A stretch of DNA of 47,669 nt, from IMG/VR virus record IMGVR_UViG_3300020042_005913, positions 1 through 47,669 of that record; one strand, written 5' to 3'. The notes below the pieces were generated by a model that worked only from the letters and a program-made list of their open reading frames with translations, was not told the DNA's origin and searched no databases. This stretch comes from a virus (lineage: Duplodnaviria; Caudoviricetes). Positions 27,299 to 36,488 of the stretch are shown here, one piece after another; within the stretch, counting starts at the first letter, position 1, and each line of letters begins with the position of its first letter. Position numbers and translations under genes: made by a program.

Positions 27299-30200
27299 GT
27301 GCAGATTATAACCGCAGGAAAAAATCGGTATGAATTCCCTGACGAAGTAACTCGTGAGGAGATAGAATCCATCATAGAGAGGGACAATAAGGGTTTAGGT
27401 AAGAACGAAGATACGGGCTATGCCGGTATTGCTTTGGATTTAGTTAAACCAACGGTACCAAAGATGCAGAGTTTGGGTATCGGGGCAGCTAAGGCGGTTG
27501 GCCCATCGGCTGCGTTCCTAGGAGGTATGGGTGCAGGTATGACCGCGTTTGCTCCGTTTGCCGCAGTGCCTGTTGTTGGCCCACTTATACCCGTTGTGGC
27601 AGGACTGGCTATGGGTGTGGGAGGTGCTTGGGCGGCATCTACCGTACAAGAAGCCGTATTGGATAAGGTATTGAGTGAGGATACTAAAAAATTTATAGCC
27701 GATAAAGCGTTAGAAAACCCCGGATATACCACTGCGGGAAGGCTCCTTGGAAGTGGCTTTCGCCCTTCCCCAAGAATTGAGACAACGTTATTGGAGGCAG
27801 TCCGAAATAGAGGGGCTCCTGCCGCTCTATCAGGGGCCATTACCGCAGGTACGGAGGTGTTCGCCAATCGCAATGAACCCGGATTGATGGGGCAAGGGGG
27901 GCTAGGGAACGTATTGCAAGCCGCTGCGGAGGGGGCTTTGCTGAATAAAACTACCGGTGTGGGACAGGCGGTTGAGCGATTAGGAAGTAAACTAGTACCC
28001 GATAGGTTAGTGAAGGCTATAGGGAGATTTGCTCCTCCTCCCCGTCCGGATGCTGCTGCGGCTGCGGCTGCTGAAGCGGCGGCGGCTGCTAAAACGGCTG
28101 CTGATGAAGCGGCTGCTGCTAACGCGGCTAAACGTAACGATGCAGCATACGAAGACCAGATTAACCAAGAGGCAAGGGACGAGGCTGCGGACGTTAGCGC
28201 GTTTCCCGCATCCACCAAGGATACTCGGTACGTACCTCCACTCATCAAGGGGGAGTTAGAAAAACAAGGGGTTATCGAAAGGGCTCTGGATTATAATAGG
28301 GGTGTAGAGGAAGCCCGAGTTAAGGCCATCCAAGAATTACAGCGAGTTAAGGAATTGGAGTATCAGCAAAGAAAAGAGGGAGAATTTTTGGACGTTGTCG
28401 CTAACGAACCTCCTCCCTCAAACGTGGTCGCTGGACCAGATACCCCCCTAGACAATTTAATCGGTACTAGGGTTAAGTACGGAGATATAATCGGTATACT
28501 GGTGGGGGATTCTGATGGGAGACCCATGGTAATGCCCGAGATACGGGGTAAAAATGAACCCTTTTGGTATGAGGTAGAGGGGGGTGGAAATGCCCGTGGA
28601 GACCCGTATACAACGGCTGGAACCCTTGGGATAGTCCCCTTAGAAGCCGCCAGACCTACGGCCAAGAGACCCCCGGAAGTTCCTCCTATCCCGGTAGCGG
28701 GTGCTGACACTATCCCAGTACCCAATAGGGTTACGGACGTACCTCCACGCACCAGCCCTGAAGAATTAGAATTTGGTAGGCGGGATAGCCCCGTCCAAGA
28801 CTTACCACCAGTTGAAGAATTACCTGCTCTTGAGAAACTCCAAAACCAAAGGCGATTGGAGTATCAGCAAACAAAAGAGAACGAATTTCTCGCCGAGAAG
28901 GCTAGACAGGCAGAGGAAGCGCGAGTTAATACCGCCCAAGAATCACAGCGAGTTAAAGACTTGGAGTATCAGCAAACCAAGGAGGACGAGTTTTTAGCCT
29001 CCAATGGTGTGGCAACACCTGTGGAGATTCCTCGTGCTCCCGTCCCGGTAGCAACACCTGTGGAGATTCCTCGTGCTCCCGTCCCGGTAGCAACACCTGT
29101 GGAGATTCCTCGTGCTCCCGTCCCGGTTAGTTCGGTCCCGGTTTCGAGTCCCCCTCCTCCTAGGAATCCTTTTATAACACCTACCCCGGTGGCCGGGGCA
29201 CCCACCTCGGTCGGGGCCAACCTCAACATTAAACTAGCGGCCTTCGCGGACCCGAGAATCACGGCTCAAAAACTACCCCCTAAGGTAACCGTAGATTCAG
29301 AGTTGGTGAAAGATGTAGCGGAGCAAAAAGTCTATCTCGACGAACTCCTAGCCACTAGAGAGATTACACCCGAGGTACACGCCGAAGAAATATCCCGAAA
29401 TGAACGTAGGTTAACGGACCCCGTTCCGGCAGTGGCCCCAGCTCCCGTTGTGGCAGTGGCCCCAGCTCCCGTTGCTCCCACACCCAAACCGGTTGTGGCG
29501 GAAGCCGCGCCCGTAAGACCGCCGGTAGCTGGTAAGCCTGCGGCTAAAGCTTCGGGTGCTGAAGCGTACAGCAAAGATTCCCTTAAATCAGCTTTCAACC
29601 TAACTGATAAACAGGCAACAGCCACCGATATCCTTGTCAAGTCCATGGCTCTTGATGAAAGCCAAATCCTAGTTGCCAAGGGAGGTAAGGCTGGAAAGGG
29701 TTCTCTAAAGCAAGTGGAGGGTATTCTGTCCGGGAAAGAAAAAGCCCCTAAGTTTGAGACCAGAGAGGAGGCTGTTAAGTTTATAAAAGACTACGCCTCA
29801 AAAAATCGGGTAATTCCCAAGGGACTTAAGTTAATGTCCAGCGAGGGTAAATCAACGGCGGTTGATGCGATTGTTAAACACACTCTTAGGGAGTTGGCTG
29901 CTTGGAAAAAAGTATCTAAGGACTACATCGCTTTCTACACCACCGACATTGTAGCCCGCACCAACCCAAAGTTGCAGGAAAATGCACTTAAACAATACGG
30001 ACGAAAATTAACCAACTCGGAGATAGCTTTTAACCACCTTCTTTCGGCGTTTGGTTCGGGGCAATCCAACCCATCCTTTGATACCGCTATGGGAATGCGC
30101 GTGTTTGACGAGTACATGCGTACTGGTCGGGCAACGGGGTATACCGACAAACCAAAACCGATATACCAAGCACCCGCCGTAGGCAAAGCTCCTATACCGG

Positions 30201-33200
30201 TATACGTGGATTCTAAAACGGGAGCGGATACATTTGTATCTAGAGGAAACCCACAAAAATTCGATAGCTCAAGAAAATCCCAAGTATCCAGAACATACAA
30301 CGTGTCTGGGTTAGAAAGATTTAATAGCGTAATGGATCACTTTAAAGGGAACCTTGACTCTACCATGGAGTGGTTGGGAAGCCAGCACACATGGCCAGAG
30401 ATTACTGAGGTTATTGGTCCCAAGGCCGCAAACTCTTTAAAACCCCATGAGTATCTTAACAAAAACGGGGAAACCTTCGGGGTTTTCACTTTGGGTAATA
30501 ATCCGAAGCTCGGAAGTTACATACTAAATCGTTGGCAGAACTTAAGTACTATCACCAAGGACATGTGGGTTGCACGTACCATGTCTCGCTATTTCGGGGA
30601 GCCTAATACCGGAATACCGTGGGCCACAACCACTGTGGGCCGAAACAAAAGAGTCATCCTAGATGAGGCGTGGGGTAAAGTGGCAAAAGAACTGGGGGTT
30701 GAACCAGCACAGATCCAAGAAATGATGTGGGATGCTGAAAAACAATTCTATGGGATACTCGGTCAAGCCACCGGGGCAGAGTACACATCATCTGGTGTGG
30801 AAATGGCTAGGCGGCTAAGAGGAGACTCCCCATTAGTGGGTGAGGGAATGTCCCCTAGTGAGGGAACCGTTTTGCGGCAGGGAACAAAGGGTGCTTACGA
30901 ACTTACCTCGGATGGTAAAGCTATAATACGGGGTTTTGAAAGTGCCGATGTATCTACGGCTGCTCATGAGATTGCGCATGTTGCCCGCCGACAACTTCTA
31001 GACCGTAACCTAAAACCCGAGCAGCGTGCTGGTATCACCGACTCGGACATATCTTACGCCGAAACTTGGTCTGGAGCAAAGAAAGGCGTTTGGGATAAAT
31101 CTGCGGATGAAAAGTTCGCTCGGGGATTCGAGAAGTACCTGCGGGATGGGAAAGCTCCCACTGAAGGGCTCCAAAGCGTGTTCTCCAAATTCGCGGATTG
31201 GTTAAGTGGGATTTACCAAACACTCGTTGGTAGTGCTATAGACATAAAAGTTTCGCCTAAGATGAAACTGGTATTTGACCAGATGGTTACGAGATCCGAG
31301 CGGTTAAAATTAGAAAGCACACCCGCATTAGAGGGGGCAAACAAGCTACCCTCCATAGATAGTACCTCAAAAGATATCGAAGTACGCCTATCAGCCTCCA
31401 CTAGCGAGATACCCGGCATATCCAAACTTGTTGCCGAGGTTAATTCGGGGGATAGAGTTGCGAGCCATCTATTGAGCAACATTGCTCGGGATTCTATTAA
31501 GTATCTTTTTAAGGATATAAAATCGGCTAAGATAAATTATAAACCATCCACGGGTTTATACGGCCAGAGCTTAGAAGCTTCCTTAGGCTTGGGGATTACC
31601 TTTGATGGTAGCGATCTACCTGTGGTATTGACCGCCCTCTCTCGTTTCTCAAAAAACTTTAAACAACAAGAGGTACATGTTCTGGGTGAAGCCAAAGGTT
31701 CAGTGGGGGAAATTTATCCTGACGGGTCTTTCAATACCCTAGTTTACACATGGAATGTACCTAAACTATCGCCTGCTGATATTGCTTACCTAGCAAGTAA
31801 CTCAGGGTTTAAAGGGTTTACTGTTGCCAAGGGTAAGTTAGAAACATATTTTGTTGATAATTTAGCAAATGAAAAACAAATCCTACAGTTCCGAGATGCC
31901 GAGAAAAACATTTCCAAATTATTTGGCCCAGCTAGCGAAGAAACCCGCAGACTCTGGGCGTATGGTGCCGGAAAAATCCCTTTCCCCGCAGTTCCAAGTA
32001 GTGTTCCCGTCCCCTCTAATATCCCAAATTCAACCGCGCATAGAATAGCTACGCGATTAGCGTTGAGAAAAATAGAGCCTGTTGCCCAAGCCAAGGAATT
32101 AACCCCCGAACAAAAGGAGTTCCAGACAGAGATAGCGAGGGAGTACGAAAAGTTAAAAGATAATAACCTAGAGAACCCGTCAGTAAGACGAGCTTATCAG
32201 GAATTAACCACCGAGTTAATTGAGCAATTTGATTCCATACCTGCGGTAATAGAATTTTACCCAAAGGGGGCAAACCCGTACCCGAACAGTGCAGCAATGA
32301 GGGAGGACGTACTAGGTAACAACCATCTGTATATCTATAAAACAGAGCCCGCCTCATTTGGCCCTCCGGGGGTTGTCTATAAAAATCATCCCTTATTAGA
32401 ACCCTCCGGAAGAGTGGATGCAAACGGGGAGAAAATGCTGAACAACGACATCCTCCGTGCAGCTCACGATTACTACGCGCACACTCTCAGTCCAGTACAA
32501 TTCGGCGTGTTGGGAGAAGAGGCTGCGGCTAGAAATCACATGGCTATGACCCGCTCCCCATGGGCGCGTTGGGCTCTGATGACGGAAACTCGGGGACAAA
32601 ATAGCTACGTTAATATGGGACCGAATGCGGTACGGAATAAAAATAATCCTAGTGACGTTATATTTGCCCCGCAAAAAACAGATCTACTGCCCATAAGATT
32701 CGTTAAAACAGGGGATCCCGTGCTAGATGCCGAAATGGATGTGATCGCCAGCGGATCCCCACAACCTACATCCGCTAAACCACGAGGAAGTTTCCCAAGT
32801 GCCCGAGACCGGGGGGGAATCAATATTAATTTGCTGAGTAGCTTAGGGCAATCCGTAGCAGGTGGTACGGTCGGGTTTGCTGCCGGGTACAACCAAGACC
32901 CTGATGCTTCAACGGAGGATAAGGTGGTCAACGGTATTACGTGGGGTCTGTTCGGGGCTTCCTTGGGTAGCAAGTATCTACGCGGTAAAGTCTTTGACGG
33001 TATAACTAAGGCTAAGATACCCCTCGGGCTACTTTCCGAAAGTATGCGTAAGGAATCTTTCGGTGGGGCCGACAATTTTGTCCTATTTACCAAGGGGGTC
33101 TTGGGGGAACTTCAAACGGTCATGAAGAGTCAGTCCAATGAAACGGCTGCGTTAGCTTACAAAGCCATTCAGTCGTTGAACGCTCTTGAGGGTATGCGCG

Positions 33201-36124
33201 GTAAGGTACCGAATGCGGATTGGAGTACCGCTATGGCTCACTTGGGTAACGGGGGTAGCCCAGCCTTGATTGCGGATCGTAAACTCCAGAGCCTAGTAAA
33301 AATAGTCAGAACTGAGATCAATGACTTTAGTCTAGACCTTATAGGTCGAGGATACGCCAAACCCGGAAGTGATTTAGAAACAATTATTCTATTCAACAAC
33401 GGGAAATACCTAACCCGAGTTTATGAGTTATTCACCAACCCGGAGTTCAAACCGGATCCCAAACTACGCAGTAAGGTAATCGACGAATACGTAGCTCAGG
33501 CTAAAGCCGAGGGTAGAAAAGAGCCCACCAATGAGCTGGAGATTGAGGGTTTAAAATTTGCCATCGATATTGTGGCAAAGGGGCAAGGTTCCGCCCTAGC
33601 TCCTAAGGGGGCTAATCTGGCCATGGGTAATGGTTACGCTCGCACAGACGGAAGCATCTTTAAACCACGTAAGAATCTATCCGATACCGTATCTAAGTAC
33701 ATGGGTAGGGTTGATGACCCCATAGTCGCCGCAGGCTATACGGTTGACCGCTTGGCCCATTTCCTAGGTGCCTCAATAACCCAGAGTAAAATGGCGGAGG
33801 TTGGGGAGGCTCTTAAACTATTCTCAAAAATTCCAAATGATACGTACACAGTAAAACTTACCAGTATATCCGCTGACCTGAACCCAAAGTCTGAAGGTTC
33901 TACCGGAAATTATACGGATAAAAAGAAGCAGTCAAGGACTTGGGTAATTCAGAAGGGTCAGGTAGTAGACGCTGTCTCAGGTGTTCCCCTACAGGCTAGC
34001 GAGGCAAACATTGGACCACTAGACACCCTTTATACCACTCCGGAAGTCTCTGATGCTCTTAGAACTTTAAGTTCCTACGGTAAAAATTCCGCCTTGGTTA
34101 GAATCTTGGCCAGCACCACCGGGATGATGAGGCTAGCTAACACGGCATTTAATCCGGAAAGCGTTTCGCCTAACGGGTTAGCTTCCGTTGTTGCGGTATT
34201 GGCTCAAGGGTCAGCGGTTACAGCGATACTCAACCCAAGCAAAATAGGCACCGCTTTGAAGCTAAGTTTCAGCGATGTACTCCCCGTAACCGGGACTCTG
34301 AGTAACGACATTCCATTTTTTATCCGGGAAGGGATACTTGGACCGGGAGTTAATGCTCAAGAGATAATAGAGACTTTTAAGAAAAGCGCATACAGTAACA
34401 TGGGTAGGGCTTCTAACTCGGTCTTATTCCCAGCGACTAAGGTCGTTAGGAAAGTAGGATCCGGGGTATTAAAAGGTTATTCAATGGTAGAGGAGATTCC
34501 GAGGTTGGTAGGATTCTACGCCGAGGTAAATAAATACTCAGATGCCCTGTACAATAAACCACCCGAGCAACTCACCACGATAGAGCGTCTTGATGTGTAT
34601 AAGAAAGCTGCTACCATAGTACGAGAGAACTACCCTAACCGTGCGGAGGTTCCCGAGTTAATCAGAGTGCTTTCTACCGCCGGTCTTTTACCCCCTTTCG
34701 TATCTTTCAGCTACGAGGCATTCCTTCGTAACCCCTATAACACCGTAGGTAGAGCCAAAGCTGAGATAGCCGAGGGAGTCAAAACGGGTAATAAAAAACT
34801 AGCCGCCATTGGGGTGAAGCGAATTAGCTTTTTCCTCGGGACCATGTATGGCTCAATAGCCATAGCTGCCGCCATCAGTAAGAAACAAGGATTGTCAGAT
34901 GATCAGGAAAAATCATCGCGGTATCTTATGCCTTCGTGGAGTAAAAATTCCCCTCTGGTATACACGGATGTTAATAGCGATGAGATAGCATACGCCAATC
35001 AAAGCTATCTGAACCCCCAAGCGGTTATGGGTAAGGCCATAGCTGACGCCCTCGCGGGTAAAACCTTCCAAGAGACTACCGGGAGTTTTTATGACAGCTT
35101 AGTGGATACCTTTATATCCGACGACGGAGGTTTACTCCTAGGGCCAATGATGGAGGCTGCAACCGGGAGAGACTCTTACGGAAGAAAAGTGTACACTGAA
35201 AATCGCGGGGGATTATACGATGTCTCAAAAATGAGTCCAAAAGACCAAGAGACATCCATAGCCCGTCAGCAGTTAGTGGAGAGGTACATTATCCACGGAT
35301 TTAAGAACATAGTTCCTAAATTTATTCCGGTAGCTGGAAAATATATAAAGGCTTTAAATGAGGAAGTAGGACCAAACGGCGAGGTATACAAAATAGACGA
35401 CCTTAATGCCCGACTGGGAGGTTTGAGAATTAACCGCATGGACGTAAAGACAGCGGCGAGATACAAAGGGAGTTCTCTGAGCGAGGAGATGCGCGAAGCA
35501 GCTAACGATTTCTCTACGGCCAGAAAGGCCAAGGACGCTACCGATAAAAGCAAAGATGTGGCTTACAACAATTATGAGCAGCAGAGGTATCGAGTGTGGT
35601 TGAAAATGCAGGAGTACTTACAAGTGGTGAATAGGCCGCAATCAGAGCTATTGGATAACCTATCCGTAAGTACCCAAACCAAGATAGGGCTGCTTAGGGA
35701 TGTTTATACCCCAGCAAATAAGGAAGAAAAACTCTCCGTTAGAGACCGATTGGAGGCGTTACAGAGTCTAACAGAGTCGCAACAGACTGCCGAATGGGTT
35801 ACCCTAAAGGGTGAAAACCCTAGGGAGTTTAGAAAACTGGCGGCGTTAATCACGGAACAAAACCGTAAAGACTTAAGGGGTCTGACTGGTACTGATGCAA
35901 TGCTCCGAGAACTCGACTCCGAAGACAGGGCTATGGAGATAGCTGTTCAGATATCTGGGATAACCGACCAAAGCCAGAAGGAGAGGGAGTGGGACCGCCT
36001 AGAAAACACCGGGCTATTGCGCGGGGATACCGGGAGGATGCTTGAAGACCCGGATAGGAATCAACTGATATGGGCTCAAGCTAGGGCTACCGTAGAGCGT
36101 AATCTTAGAAGGAATATCCGGTAG
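27299..36124 (+). CDS. giant internal virion / large polyvalent protein (2941 aa)
   Basis: Gly/Ala membrane-like segments, HEIAH zincin-like motif (30965-30979), HDYYAH...ETRGQNS domain and a helical C-terminal region; last gene of the structural arm. Confidence 0.8.
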   Translation: MQIITAGKNRYEFPDEVTREEIESIIERDNKGLGKNEDTGYAGIALDLVKPTVPKMQSLGIGAAKAVGPSAAFLGGMGAGMTAFAPFAAVPVVGPLIPVVAGLAMGVGGAWAASTVQEAVLDKVLSEDTKKFIADKALENPGYTTAGRLLGSGFRPSPRIETTLLEAVRNRGAPAALSGAITAGTEVFANRNEPGLMGQGGLGNVLQAAAEGALLNKTTGVGQAVERLGSKLVPDRLVKAIGRFAPPPRPDAAAAAAAEAAAAAKTAADEAAAANAAKRNDAAYEDQINQEARDEAADVSAFPASTKDTRYVPPLIKGELEKQGVIERALDYNRGVEEARVKAIQELQRVKELEYQQRKEGEFLDVVANEPPPSNVVAGPDTPLDNLIGTRVKYGDIIGILVGDSDGRPMVMPEIRGKNEPFWYEVEGGGNARGDPYTTAGTLGIVPLEAARPTAKRPPEVPPIPVAGADTIPVPNRVTDVPPRTSPEELEFGRRDSPVQDLPPVEELPALEKLQNQRRLEYQQTKENEFLAEKARQAEEARVNTAQESQRVKDLEYQQTKEDEFLASNGVATPVEIPRAPVPVATPVEIPRAPVPVATPVEIPRAPVPVSSVPVSSPPPPRNPFITPTPVAGAPTSVGANLNIKLAAFADPRITAQKLPPKVTVDSELVKDVAEQKVYLDELLATREITPEVHAEEISRNERRLTDPVPAVAPAPVVAVAPAPVAPTPKPVVAEAAPVRPPVAGKPAAKASGAEAYSKDSLKSAFNLTDKQATATDILVKSMALDESQILVAKGGKAGKGSLKQVEGILSGKEKAPKFETREEAVKFIKDYASKNRVIPKGLKLMSSEGKSTAVDAIVKHTLRELAAWKKVSKDYIAFYTTDIVARTNPKLQENALKQYGRKLTNSEIAFNHLLSAFGSGQSNPSFDTAMGMRVFDEYMRTGRATGYTDKPKPIYQAPAVGKAPIPVYVDSKTGADTFVSRGNPQKFDSSRKSQVSRTYNVSGLERFNSVMDHFKGNLDSTMEWLGSQHTWPEITEVIGPKAANSLKPHEYLNKNGETFGVFTLGNNPKLGSYILNRWQNLSTITKDMWVARTMSRYFGEPNTGIPWATTTVGRNKRVILDEAWGKVAKELGVEPAQIQEMMWDAEKQFYGILGQATGAEYTSSGVEMARRLRGDSPLVGEGMSPSEGTVLRQGTKGAYELTSDGKAIIRGFESADVSTAAHEIAHVARRQLLDRNLKPEQRAGITDSDISYAETWSGAKKGVWDKSADEKFARGFEKYLRDGKAPTEGLQSVFSKFADWLSGIYQTLVGSAIDIKVSPKMKLVFDQMVTRSERLKLESTPALEGANKLPSIDSTSKDIEVRLSASTSEIPGISKLVAEVNSGDRVASHLLSNIARDSIKYLFKDIKSAKINYKPSTGLYGQSLEASLGLGITFDGSDLPVVLTALSRFSKNFKQQEVHVLGEAKGSVGEIYPDGSFNTLVYTWNVPKLSPADIAYLASNSGFKGFTVAKGKLETYFVDNLANEKQILQFRDAEKNISKLFGPASEETRRLWAYGAGKIPFPAVPSSVPVPSNIPNSTAHRIATRLALRKIEPVAQAKELTPEQKEFQTEIAREYEKLKDNNLENPSVRRAYQELTTELIEQFDSIPAVIEFYPKGANPYPNSAAMREDVLGNNHLYIYKTEPASFGPPGVVYKNHPLLEPSGRVDANGEKMLNNDILRAAHDYYAHTLSPVQFGVLGEEAAARNHMAMTRSPWARWALMTETRGQNSYVNMGPNAVRNKNNPSDVIFAPQKTDLLPIRFVKTGDPVLDAEMDVIASGSPQPTSAKPRGSFPSARDRGGININLLSSLGQSVAGGTVGFAAGYNQDPDASTEDKVVNGITWGLFGASLGSKYLRGKVFDGITKAKIPLGLLSESMRKESFGGADNFVLFTKGVLGELQTVMKSQSNETAALAYKAIQSLNALEGMRGKVPNADWSTAMAHLGNGGSPALIADRKLQSLVKIVRTEINDFSLDLIGRGYAKPGSDLETIILFNNGKYLTRVYELFTNPEFKPDPKLRSKVIDEYVAQAKAEGRKEPTNELEIEGLKFAIDIVAKGQGSALAPKGANLAMGNGYARTDGSIFKPRKNLSDTVSKYMGRVDDPIVAAGYTVDRLAHFLGASITQSKMAEVGEALKLFSKIPNDTYTVKLTSISADLNPKSEGSTGNYTDKKKQSRTWVIQKGQVVDAVSGVPLQASEANIGPLDTLYTTPEVSDALRTLSSYGKNSALVRILASTTGMMRLANTAFNPESVSPNGLASVVAVLAQGSAVTAILNPSKIGTALKLSFSDVLPVTGTLSNDIPFFIREGILGPGVNAQEIIETFKKSAYSNMGRASNSVLFPATKVVRKVGSGVLKGYSMVEEIPRLVGFYAEVNKYSDALYNKPPEQLTTIERLDVYKKAATIVRENYPNRAEVPELIRVLSTAGLLPPFVSFSYEAFLRNPYNTVGRAKAEIAEGVKTGNKKLAAIGVKRISFFLGTMYGSIAIAAAISKKQGLSDDQEKSSRYLMPSWSKNSPLVYTDVNSDEIAYANQSYLNPQAVMGKAIADALAGKTFQETTGSFYDSLVDTFISDDGGLLLGPMMEAATGRDSYGRKVYTENRGGLYDVSKMSPKDQETSIARQQLVERYIIHGFKNIVPKFIPVAGKYIKALNEEVGPNGEVYKIDDLNARLGGLRINRMDVKTAARYKGSSLSEEMREAANDFSTARKAKDATDKSKDVAYNNYEQQRYRVWLKMQEYLQVVNRPQSELLDNLSVSTQTKIGLLRDVYTPANKEEKLSVRDRLEALQSLTESQQTAEWVTLKGENPREFRKLAALITEQNRKDLRGLTGTDAMLRELDSEDRAMEIAVQISGITDQSQKEREWDRLENTGLLRGDTGRMLEDPDRNQLIWAQARATVERNLRRNIR
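29012..29127 (+). repeat. 39-bp tandem repeat x3 (ATPVEIPRAPVPV)
   Basis: Units start at 29012, 29051 and 29090. Confidence 0.95.
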
Positions 36125-36146
36125 GTAGTTCTTAGCAGTGCTAACC

Positions 36147-36488
36147 TCATAGGTAGCCCATGACCCGGTCCCAGTACGCGCTATAACCCACCCTCGTCCA
36201 TCCCTTGGGACCGTGATGCCATACCAGAGCATAGTCCCTAAGGGTCGGTTCCCGGCCTAGCCGCTCCCGAGTGACGTAGTGCCCCAGATACACTCTGGCC
36301 ATGGCCATAGATTGCTCCCGGTCAAAGCGGTTACTCGGCGTATCCTTAGCGATGCGTAAAATGTCCCGCTTCGCTATCGCACTTATCTGCATGCAGCCTA
36401 GTTCCCCGCCTTTCCCCACGGCTCGGTTATTCCCCGAGCTCTCTACCATGAGTATGGCCTGCAACAGAAACATAGGCACGGCACTCAT
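36147..36488 (-). CDS. lytic transglycosylase / lysozyme-like protein (putative endolysin)
   Basis: AILMVESSG catalytic-Glu motif, GCMQI and WHHGP motifs. Confidence 0.75.
   Translation of the reverse strand: MSAVPMFLLQAILMVESSGNNRAVGKGGELGCMQISAIAKRDILRIAKDTPSNRFDREQSMAMARVYLGHYVTRERLGREPTLRDYALVWHHGPKGWTRVGYSAYWDRVMGYL

Noticed and set aside
22983-29127. Tandem repeats as CRISPR arrays
   Set aside because: The units are contiguous with no unique spacers, have lengths divisible by 3 and lie in open frames.
4762-36124. Stop-codon reassignment
   Set aside because: Core genes are full length under the standard code, all three stop codons end genes, and no suppressor tRNA is present.
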